DNA from: a virus
Taxonomy: Duplodnaviria > Caudoviricetes
Reading direction: 5' to 3' (one strand)
IMG/VR virus record: IMGVR_UViG_3300023256_000001
Coordinates: 1 to 33,260 of that record
Length of the DNA: 33,260 nucleotides
The position numbers and the translations under genes were made by a program. Positions within the stretch are counted from its first letter, which is position 1. The number at the start of each line of letters is the position of its first letter. Shown here one piece after another: positions 1-7,243 of the stretch. The notes under the pieces were generated by a model. It was given only the letters and a program-made list of their open reading frames with translations. It did not search any database and had not been told where the DNA came from.

Positions 1-33
1 ATTCTCCAATACCACCTTGATTTATATATCCTG
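1..33. repeat. Terminal direct repeat (assembly overlap) marking a circular genome
   Basis: ATTCTCCAATACCACCTTGATTTATATATCCTG at 1-33 is identical to 33228-33260; a reading frame continues across the junction. Confidence 0.97.
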
Positions 34-1480
34 TATGGTTCGCACTTGTTTCCTCAATATCTGTTGATGCATTCGTTCCAACTACAACATTATCTACTGT
101 TAAAAAATGATATGTATTATTAGTCCAATCTTGACCATCAGTTACATTTACACTCCACCAATATTTTGTATTAATAGTTGAAAAGTTTGCATTTAGTTGA
201 CTTATGTTATGTGTATATTCTCCTTGTAAACTTAAATTCTGTCCAAACTCTACCCAATCCCCACTTGAATTACTTAACCAATGAACATTCAGAGCATTAT
301 CATTTCCATCATCTACGGTAACATTTACTCTTGGTAATACAAAAACATCAATACTTTCATTTACAGGAAATTCACCTGTAACAGTTGGTGCAACATTGTT
401 AATTTCCCCTAAAAATTCAATATATCCATTTATAGTAAATGTTTGTCCTCCCCCATAAGTGGAACTTGGATTTACTGCATAAAGATACCTGAATCCGTCT
501 GTGACATCATTTGTATTATGTAAAGAACCATATAAATCAGTTCTTGCTGAATCATTATAAATATTTACATATATATCTTCGCCATTTCTCCAAAAATTCA
601 GATAATATATTTTTGTTCCATCATGCCCATAATGGATAAATGCATCAGATGATTCATTTTTACTTTGTAATATTATCTTAAATTGGTTGCCCCTATCTGT
701 TACATAAACATATAGACCTACATATGCTGTCAACAGATGATGGGTAGCAATAGTATTTGACATAGTAACCAAATGAGTTAAACCCTCTGCAACTGTACTT
801 GTAACTTTAAGGGTAAGATTAAAATTCCATGTATTTCCCCAATAACCAGCACCATAATCCTTATACAGATAAGAAACTGGTAATTTCCTTGTCATACCTG
901 TAAATGTCATTCTATCGGCAGTATAAGAAATATGACTATCAGGGTCAAGCTCTGTAAATGTTGTAAAATCAATATAATCACCCCATATAGGGTCAATATA
1001 ATATCCATGCTCCCATGTCATAGCACTTGGTTTAACACCATACCAATATTTACCAGAAGTTCCCTCCGTCATAGTCACATAACATTTCAAAGAATAATTA
1101 ACATCTTTTACTATGGTTATATCTTTCAATGCATATGCCTTTGTCATGTTTTCAAAATCTATGGTTGTGATAACAAATTCTTTTTCAAGAAGATTCCAAG
1201 CACCCTCTCCAATCTTATAATATACTGGTGCTGTTGGTCTACAAAAAGTAGTATCAAAAAGCCATACTGCATCAATGTCACCCTCATAGTCTTTGCTTCT
1301 AACTGTAAAAGTTATCCATTCATCTTTTTTTATTGTATGAGGGTTTGCACTCAGATAAGCATTTTCATTATCAATGTAAACAGTATCGCCATCATATACT
1401 TCATCAACTCCCATAACAGGTATGAATACAATTATTGAATTGAGTAACAATAGCATTATTACTAGCAGATGCTTTTTCAT
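1..1480 (-). CDS. N-terminal part of ~1200-aa virion surface glycoprotein/adhesin (VP4-like); continues at 33227 to 31105
   Basis: Not in the ORF track. ATG at 1480 with GAGGAG upstream, signal peptide MKKHLLVIMLLLLNSIIVFIPVMG, no in-frame stop down to position 1, same frame as 31105..33171. Ig-like segment APTVTGEFP...VNVTVDDG...KYWWSVNVTDG...YHFLT. Confidence 0.85.
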   Translation of the reverse strand, partial: MKKHLLVIMLLLLNSIIVFIPVMGVDEVYDGDTVYIDNENAYLSANPHTIKKDEWITFTVRSKDYEGDIDAVWLFDTTFCRPTAPVYYKIGEGAWNLLEKEFVITTIDFENMTKAYALKDITIVKDVNYSLKCYVTMTEGTSGKYWYGVKPSAMTWEHGYYIDPIWGDYIDFTTFTELDPDSHISYTADRMTFTGMTRKLPVSYLYKDYGAGYWGNTWNFNLTLKVTSTVAEGLTHLVTMSNTIATHHLLTAYVGLYVYVTDRGNQFKIILQSKNESSDAFIHYGHDGTKIYYLNFWRNGEDIYVNIYNDSARTDLYGSLHNTNDVTDGFRYLYAVNPSSTYGGGQTFTINGYIEFLGEINNVAPTVTGEFPVNESIDVFVLPRVNVTVDDGNDNALNVHWLSNSSGDWVEFGQNLSLQGEYTHNISQLNANFSTINTKYWWSVNVTDGQDWTNNTYHFLTVDNVVVGTNASTDIEETSANHTGYINQGGIGE

Positions 1481-1495
1481 TTATTTATCTCCTCT

Positions 1496-1756
1496 TTACT
1501 GCTCTCTATGAGGTGAAACATACCATAATGCACCATAGAGAATGAATAGGAATATGAATAATGGAGACAAAGCTACAAGAGTCCCTACAGAACCATCCAT
1601 TTGAGGTATGACTTCATCTAGTATCTCTTTTAGCATTGGATAGAGCTGAGAGTAAGCAATTATGCTCATAACTGTCATTAGCATAGCATGAAGAGTGTAC
1701 TGTCCTTTCATTCGCATCTTTTTTAGCTTTTTCCAAATCCCTTTTAGTATTCTCAT
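1496..1756 (-). CDS. Minor coat protein, spindle-virus VP3-like paralog with class III signal peptide
   Basis: Basic leader ending KG/Q, then two hydrophobic helices with the VP1/VP3-like pattern (LYPML...DGSVGTLVALSPLFIFLFIL). Confidence 0.7.
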   Translation of the reverse strand: MRILKGIWKKLKKMRMKGQYTLHAMLMTVMSIIAYSQLYPMLKEILDEVIPQMDGSVGTLVALSPLFIFLFILYGALWYVSPHREQ

Positions 1757-4700
1757 TTTTTTCCTCCTTTCTTTTTCTTCTTTTTGCCAAGAATATTAAA
1801 ATCAAAAGTAACCTTTTCTTTTTTAGTAGCTCCTCCACCTTTAGTAATGTAATCGAAATCAATCTTATCACTTTTTGCTTTCTTTACTATAGCATCTCTC
1901 ATTTCAACAGTTTTAACCTTCCCTGTTCTCTGAAACTCCTCCCATATCTGCTTAGTGATTTTTGGAGTGGTAGCTTTGCCATATTTTATCTGAGAAGTCT
2001 GGACACTGAAAGGGTCAGCTAGGATGGTCTTTAAAGCAATCCTTTTCTTACCAAGTCTGTATGCTCTCTTTCTAGGTCTCCCTACCTTTGTTTTCTTCTT
2101 AGGTTTAACCTTGCTCCCTCCCCATAGGATAGGTGCTGGTGTAAAAGGTGTTGTTGGAACTGTATCAGTTATTGTAATTACATCAAATATTGATTTCTTA
2201 GCTGTACCATATGCCATCTTAGATTTCTGTGTGACAGCTAGCTTCTGCTTTTGCTCTTGAGCTTGAGCAGTATCGGTCAATGATATAGTTCCAAAGTCAA
2301 ATTTCTCCAGCTCTTTAGACCTAGTACCCTGTATTGTAAGCTCTGATGTTGCAACAGCAGACCTCTCAACTTTTGCAGTTGATAAAGATAGAAGAGATTT
2401 TAGTCTTGTATCAATTCTTGTTTCTGATTTCTGAGCTACTTTAGATATTTGTTTTGTCCCTAGAGCTGATGCTAGCTTAGTCTTACCACTTGTTACAGTT
2501 CCTTGTTTCCCTTTTTTAACAAGTCCGCCTAATCCCCCACCATAAAGTCCTGTAGGTGTCGTAACAACATCTTTTGGTATGGTTCTAGCTAGTAAGATAC
2601 CGACCTCTTCAAATATTCCAACTCCTACTTCTCCATGTTGTCCTACATCTCCATAGGATGTTGTGATTTCAGGTATTCTCCCTGTAGTTGGTTTAATGCT
2701 TTTTGAGAAAAAGAACTGCTGTCCTTCCTTTGCATCTCCCATTCTAGCTTTACCAGACCAATCTTCTAATATTTTCCCCTTGCCTTTTGTCTTTACTAAT
2801 TTTCCTCCAGTTTTACTAAGACTCTGAGGTAATTTGAATATCTTACCTGATAATTTCATAGTTCCCTTTTGAAACATTCCAGAGTATTCTCCTTTATGTG
2901 AGAACAAATCAATCTTTATTTTTCCCAGTTCTTTAGGATATACTTTTCCGTAAAATGTTTCTTTAAAAGTAAAAGGTTCTTTTAGTACACTACTGTAACC
3001 CTCTGACCCTACTGGTTCTTGATAACCATATGCATAATATCCTTTCTTACCAGATAACATCTGAGAGCTACCTTTGAATCTGTAGATGTTTTCATATTTA
3101 CCTTTTATTATTAAATCTGCTGTTGTATCTGCATCTAATATCTTATAATGTGATTTTTCTTTTCCTATGCCAGTCAGTCTTTTGAATGCTCCTCCTTTAT
3201 CAGTCCACTTAACAGACCCCCTTCCAGTAGAAACATGCATCTCTTTTCCTACTTTGTAACCAGCTCCTTTGAACATGACATCTGCTTTAGTCCCTTCAAT
3301 ATCATATTTACCTGATAATTCAAATTTAGTGACTCCTCCTTTTGGTGCATCTTGGAAAACTTCTAAATCTGTAGCTTTCACATCCACTGTTTTTATCTTA
3401 GGCATTCTACTCTTGAACAGTTTACCTCCAGCTTTGAAAGAACCATAAGCAAGACCTATAGTAAAACCAGTCTCAGCAATAGCAGAGGGTAAATCATAAG
3501 GAGACTCTACCTTAGTTCTAAGTAATGTTGCACCAGTTGACACAGCTCCTATTCCACCAACTGCTACAAGACCCCCTTTAGTACCAAGTAAAGAAGCTCT
3601 ACCTAATGTTGTAGCTCCAAACCTTCCTAAAGTTGTAGATGTTGCACCAGCTACACCAGAAGCACCAGCTCCTACACCAGTAAGAACATAACCAGTTCCC
3701 AATGTAACTGTTGGAAGTATAACTCCACTAACTACAGCTCCAGAAGAAATTACTTTACCAGCAAAAGAAAACCCTCCTTTTTTAAGAGAAGATTTCAGAC
3801 CTAAACTATACTCAGCAATTTTCTCCTGACTTCTCTTAGTGAAACCTTCATCTCCAGTTACACCACTAGCTATACCAGAAGCAACAGCTCCTATTCCAAG
3901 AGGAGACTGGACAAGACTAGACATAGCAAGTTGAGTAGAATGAGCATCCAAACCAGCTAGACCTTGTTTTACACTTGTCGCAAGACCTATTGGTGGAAAT
4001 ATCAATGCACCAGCTTGCTCTAAAATGGATGGTTGTTTATATCCAACCTTTCCAGTATAAACAAACTTATGAACATCAACTGCTGATGGCAACCCAAACT
4101 CATATGCATCTTCTTTAACATCAAGAGTATATCCTTTACCTTTATAATCAATCAATGTTGTCTTAGATTCTTTCATCTGTGAAAGACTAGACTTCAGCTC
4201 AGGTAATGATTTCTCATATGTTTTAAAAGTACCCTTCTGCTCCTGTAACTTAGCTTGCAGATACTTTTTTGCACCTTCCTTATCAAATACATTAGCTACT
4301 CCCTGAAACTTAAATGTTTTCTGACCTGACCCTTCAATGCTTGCTATCTGAGATTCTATGCTCTCAATGTTCTTAGTGATTATTGGCAAACTAGATTCAA
4401 CAGTTGCTATTGATTTTTCAGTGAGTCCAATGTTTCCTGTTGTTTTATCAATCTCTGTGGTAAAATCAAAGTCTTTTGGGTCATAACCAAATTCTTCTTT
4501 GTAAGGAGAAACATCTCCCCATTTCCAATCTGTGCTTTTCTTAGGTGTAAACCATACCTCCCCTTTTTTTCTTCCTGTAGTTGGTATTGTTGACATCTGA
4601 CCTTGTACTGGTGTAATCTGTGCTTTTATTGTAGATTGTTTAAAAGTATCTCCAGCTAATACCTGTACTCCTCTTCCCCCTACATCTAAAGATGGCATAG

Positions 4701-5382
4701 TACCAAAAGAAGTTTTACCTGTGGTATCTATTTCCTGAATGTCAAGACCTGTGGTATCAGCTATTTTAGTAGAGGTTATCTCTTCAGGTTTATATTCATA
4801 AATCATCAGACCTCCACCGACTGTCTCTTTAGCTTTAGGGACATGTCTCCTTACATTCCTTCCACTTCCAAGACTGACAATACTTAGAATCTGTCCCCCT
4901 CTATTAGATATTTGATTTCTCCAAGAATCAGTATTTTTAACATTACCAACAAAACTTCTTACCTCACCAGATTTAGTTTTCCATTTGACCCTGACAGAAA
5001 AACCTCCACCAGCACTACTTCTACTAGATGATACTTTAGGAGCTGGTTTAAAATATTCATATCCCTCTCCCTTCTTTCTTATCTTCCAACCAGCAGATTG
5101 TTTTTCCTTCAAAGACTTCTCTTGTTTTTTAAGTTCTGCTTCAGATGTACTCAGCTTAGTTTCAAAACCTGTGAAAGAACCCATCTCTGACTTGATTCCT
5201 TTTATCCTAGCTAATCTATCATACCAGAATCTAGGAGTAGTTCTAGGATGCACCCTTCTAAGAGACTCAATGGATTTTTCTCCAGCTTTCCTTCTCTCAC
5301 TGAGTATGCTTCTCTGCTTCTGAATAGATTTATATTTAGTCTCAATATCAGTAAAAAGACTACCATAGGTTACATTTGCCAT
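1753..5382 (-). CDS. Very large (~1209 aa) protein: coiled-coil N-terminus, Gly/Ala-rich hydrophobic core, very basic C-terminus; probable virion/DNA-delivery protein
   Basis: Long ORF; likely start ATG at 5382 (MANVT) in a TAATG overlap with the upstream ORF and GGAGG SD. Function is inference. Confidence 0.75.
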   Translation of the reverse strand: MANVTYGSLFTDIETKYKSIQKQRSILSERRKAGEKSIESLRRVHPRTTPRFWYDRLARIKGIKSEMGSFTGFETKLSTSEAELKKQEKSLKEKQSAGWKIRKKGEGYEYFKPAPKVSSSRSSAGGGFSVRVKWKTKSGEVRSFVGNVKNTDSWRNQISNRGGQILSIVSLGSGRNVRRHVPKAKETVGGGLMIYEYKPEEITSTKIADTTGLDIQEIDTTGKTSFGTMPSLDVGGRGVQVLAGDTFKQSTIKAQITPVQGQMSTIPTTGRKKGEVWFTPKKSTDWKWGDVSPYKEEFGYDPKDFDFTTEIDKTTGNIGLTEKSIATVESSLPIITKNIESIESQIASIEGSGQKTFKFQGVANVFDKEGAKKYLQAKLQEQKGTFKTYEKSLPELKSSLSQMKESKTTLIDYKGKGYTLDVKEDAYEFGLPSAVDVHKFVYTGKVGYKQPSILEQAGALIFPPIGLATSVKQGLAGLDAHSTQLAMSSLVQSPLGIGAVASGIASGVTGDEGFTKRSQEKIAEYSLGLKSSLKKGGFSFAGKVISSGAVVSGVILPTVTLGTGYVLTGVGAGASGVAGATSTTLGRFGATTLGRASLLGTKGGLVAVGGIGAVSTGATLLRTKVESPYDLPSAIAETGFTIGLAYGSFKAGGKLFKSRMPKIKTVDVKATDLEVFQDAPKGGVTKFELSGKYDIEGTKADVMFKGAGYKVGKEMHVSTGRGSVKWTDKGGAFKRLTGIGKEKSHYKILDADTTADLIIKGKYENIYRFKGSSQMLSGKKGYYAYGYQEPVGSEGYSSVLKEPFTFKETFYGKVYPKELGKIKIDLFSHKGEYSGMFQKGTMKLSGKIFKLPQSLSKTGGKLVKTKGKGKILEDWSGKARMGDAKEGQQFFFSKSIKPTTGRIPEITTSYGDVGQHGEVGVGIFEEVGILLARTIPKDVVTTPTGLYGGGLGGLVKKGKQGTVTSGKTKLASALGTKQISKVAQKSETRIDTRLKSLLSLSTAKVERSAVATSELTIQGTRSKELEKFDFGTISLTDTAQAQEQKQKLAVTQKSKMAYGTAKKSIFDVITITDTVPTTPFTPAPILWGGSKVKPKKKTKVGRPRKRAYRLGKKRIALKTILADPFSVQTSQIKYGKATTPKITKQIWEEFQRTGKVKTVEMRDAIVKKAKSDKIDFDYITKGGGATKKEKVTFDFNILGKKKKKKGGKK

Positions 5383-5528
5383 TACTTGACCCTCCAAAAA
5401 GATAATACTCTAGTCATGGAGCTGAAACAATGTTTACATCTTGCTGGAGCTTTCTTGCTAGCTCTTTTGATAGTTGTCCAAGTTCTCTTACACTTGTCAC
5501 ATTTACATCTACTTCTATAAAATTTCAT
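5382..5528 (-). CDS. Small Zn-ribbon protein (48 aa)
   Basis: Own translation MKFYRSRCKCDKCKRTW...ARCKHCFSS..; two CxxC pairs; GAGGGG SD; stop overlaps next ATG. Confidence 0.75.
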   Translation of the reverse strand: MKFYRSRCKCDKCKRTWTTIKRASKKAPARCKHCFSSMTRVLSFWRVK

Positions 5529-5579
5529 AGTAATCCCCTCTAATTCTTATGCAATCTCATAAAGTAGAAAATACTGTTA

Positions 5580-5596
5580 TATTATAAAAACCCTAA
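5580..5596 (-). promoter_or_regulatory. Shared viral promoter motif TTAGGGTTTTTATAATA (copy 1)
   Basis: Identical 17-mer at 24891-24907 and 16/17 match at 29458-29474; contains a TATA-like TTTATA; each copy is upstream of a minus-strand operon. Confidence 0.7.
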
Positions 5597-5611
5597 TGAT
5601 TAAAAAAGGTG

Positions 5612-5662
5612 TGAGGAGACAATAAAAGAGAGATGATTAGTGATTAACTTTTTGTCTCCTCA
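5612..5662 (-). terminator. Hairpin followed by U-tract on the minus strand
   Basis: TGAGGAGACAA (5612-5622) / TTGTCTCCTCA (5652-5662) perfect 11-bp inverted repeat, followed on the minus strand by CACCTTTTTT. Confidence 0.5.
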
Positions 5663-5742
5663 TTGTTCTAGTGGATGGTGACACATTCCTAGAAGCAATA
5701 AATTCCAGCAATACAAGTATATACAAAGATATATTTAATACT

Positions 5743-5964
5743 TTACCATTTAATAGACTCAAGACCTTTCTTTCTGAATTGTCTCCCTAGTACCTTGCTC
5801 TTATGAACTTTGCTTTTTGGGAACTTCCAAAGGGTCTTTATCTTGATAGTATGTCTGACTGTTACATGAGAGCTGTAGACCTTGATAACTCTTTGAACCC
5901 TGAACTTACCATCTCTATCTTTATAGAGAACATGTTTTCCAAGCAAGTCTTTTTTGTCTATCAT
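5743..5964 (-). CDS. Small basic beta-rich (SH3-like?) protein; contains the gapped match to array unit A
   Basis: ORF track 5743..6006; likely start MIDKKDLLG at 5964. Fold is a guess from the pattern LLGKHVLY..DGKFR..RVIKV..SHVTV. Confidence 0.7.
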   Translation of the reverse strand: MIDKKDLLGKHVLYKDRDGKFRVQRVIKVYSSHVTVRHTIKIKTLWKFPKSKVHKSKVLGRQFRKKGLESIKW

Positions 5965-6110
5965 ACTATTACTATAGACTTGTAGCAATATATATGTTTG
6001 TAACATATAATGTTAATTATTAATACAATAATCATCATATCCAAACAATTTCGACAGCTATTTAAATCAAATAATGTTTAAAAAGTGTTATAAATGTTGT
6101 TTTTACAAAA

Positions 6111-6225
6111 AGTCCCCTTCTGGGATGTGAAAATATCACACTCCTATTTTATGGGAGTGTCATGTAGTGGGAGTCCCACCACATGAGACTTTCATGGTTC
6201 GACATAAGATACTATGTCTGGGGAT
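6111..6225. other. Dense cluster of hairpins (structured RNA or origin-like element)
   Basis: Inverted repeats TGTGA/TCACA (6126-6140), ACACTCC/GGAGTGT (6138-6160), CATGTAGTGGG/CCCACCACATG (6161-6185), GACATA/TATGTC (6201-6218), with possible closure TCCCC/GGGGA. Confidence 0.5.
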
Positions 6226-6349
6226 AACTACTAAAATATTAAAGAATGAAGAGGGGTAGAGTGAAAGTAATATTCCTCTGAGCTTAACTACACTTTACTA
6301 TACTACACTTTACTTCACTGTACTCTTCTAAACTTTACTCCATTCTATT

Positions 6350-6380
6350 GAAATAGTAGGGAGTTGCACCCTACCATCTC
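6350..6380 (-). repeat. Array linker type 1, 12-bp stem/7-nt loop minihelix (copy 1)
   Basis: Minus strand GAGATGGTAGGG-TGCAACT-CCCTACTATTTC; all 12 positions pair allowing G-U. Confidence 0.85.
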
Positions 6381-6513
6381 TTCTGTACTGGACTGTACTC
6401 CACTCCAATTCACTCCACTGAACTAGACTGAACTATACTATGCTTAACAGGACTTGGCTTTACTGTACTTTACTACACTCAACTACAGTTAACTAGACTA
6501 TACTGTATTGATT

Positions 6514-6544
6514 GAAACAGTAGGGAGTTGCACCCTACCATCTC
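6514..6544 (-). repeat. Array linker type 1 minihelix (copy 2)
   Basis: GAGATGGTAGGG-TGCAACT-CCCTACTGTTTC; the single difference from copy 1 changes U-A to U-G and keeps pairing. Confidence 0.85.
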
Positions 6545-6625
6545 TTCTGTACTGGGACTGTACTCCACTAGACTTGACCTGACTTGACTATACTTGACAT
6601 AACTTCACTTCACTTTACTATAGAT

Positions 6626-6779
6626 ATGGTAAGTCTGAGTTCTTTACTTTACTTCACTTCACTTTACTGAGCTACACTTAACTTGACTACACTTAACTAA
6701 ACTCGGCTTAACTCCACTTTACTTTACTGTACTTCACTATGCTATAAGTGAAATGGCAAGTCTGAGTTCTTTACTTTAC
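6626..6779 (-). repeat. Array linker type 2, two copies (ATGG[T/C]AAGTCTGAGTTCTTTACTTTAC at ~6626 and ~6753)
   Basis: Direct comparison of the two segments: one mismatch. Confidence 0.8.
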
Positions 6780-6845
6780 TTTACTGAACTTCACTAAACT
6801 GGACTTCACTCAACTATACTATACTAAACTAAACTCTGCTAAAAT

Positions 6846-7188
6846 CTAATCAATCAATGGTTTAATGGCATAAACAAACTTACTTAATTCATTATATTGT
6901 TTGTATCTTTCAACCCAGTTATCCAGCTCATGCTTTGCTCTATCAACTACCTGATTCCTATAATGTTCATTACTGAAACACATCTGTAAATCAACATATA
7001 CTTTTTGCTCTGAATCATCTTTTGGTATAACAGAATAAAAAGCTCTAATTGGTAGAGAGTCTCCTGTCTCAGTTATTTCAATAGTTACATGATTAACTAT
7101 GTTTCTTACCTGTTGTAATCTGTATTCATGTCCAGCTCTTACATCATCCCATTCAATGTAGTTATATAATAAATGTTTTTTCTTCCAT
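6846..7188 (-). pseudogene. 5'-truncated/frameshifted gene of the viral EWDD..A..YR..Q.R family, directly upstream of the pentamer array
   Basis: Open frame 6846-7187 encodes WKKKHLLYNYIEWDDVRAGHEYRLQQVRNIVNHV...IRAFYSV...RAKHELDNWVERYKQYNEL..(113 aa) but lacks a start. The SD-linked ATG at 7188 is one base out of frame and gives MEEKTFII*. Confidence 0.75.
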
Positions 7189-7243
7189 TATTGTGTCACC
7201 TTCTTTATTATTATTGAATGTAATATATTATTAATATAAATAA

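Larger units (their letters stand above)
6277..6842 (-). ncRNA. Pentamer-periodic (AGT-NN)n array in five units; putative non-contiguous guide-RNA array (VIPR-like)
   Basis: About 90 pentamers ACT-NN on + strand (occasional GCT/TCT/ATT). Units ~6277-6346, 6382-6506, 6546-6621, 6641-6745, 6768-6842, separated by two kinds of duplicated linker. No ORF of 60 aa or more. G-U pairs in the linker hairpin indicate minus-strand RNA. Confidence 0.8.

Noticed and set aside
932-1438. Plus-strand ORF of 168 aa, and other plus-strand ORFs such as 8161-8688, 23068-23436 and 28040-28429
   Set aside because: Antisense shadows of well-supported minus-strand genes with implausible composition.
6000-6027. dif-like ATAA-N6-TTAT site (GTAACATATAA TGTTAA TTATTAATACA) for the tyrosine recombinase
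   Set aside because: Very AT-rich context, weak outer-arm symmetry and overlap with a probable promoter; not distinguishable from chance.
6350-6380. tRNA gene or tRNA-derived attP
   Set aside because: T-arm-like hairpin only; no D or anticodon arms, and duplicated inside the array far from the recombinase.
6347-6570. ATTGAAA(C/T) next to a hairpin repeat, resembling an archaeal CRISPR repeat end (mini-CRISPR)
   Set aside because: Only two copies ~164 bp apart and the intervening DNA is pentamer-periodic, not a 30-45 bp unique spacer; no cas genes.
6277-6842. Simple microsatellite or pentapeptide-repeat coding sequence
   Set aside because: Variable dinucleotides are not homogenised, units are delimited by conserved linkers, and no ORF of 60 aa or more spans the region.
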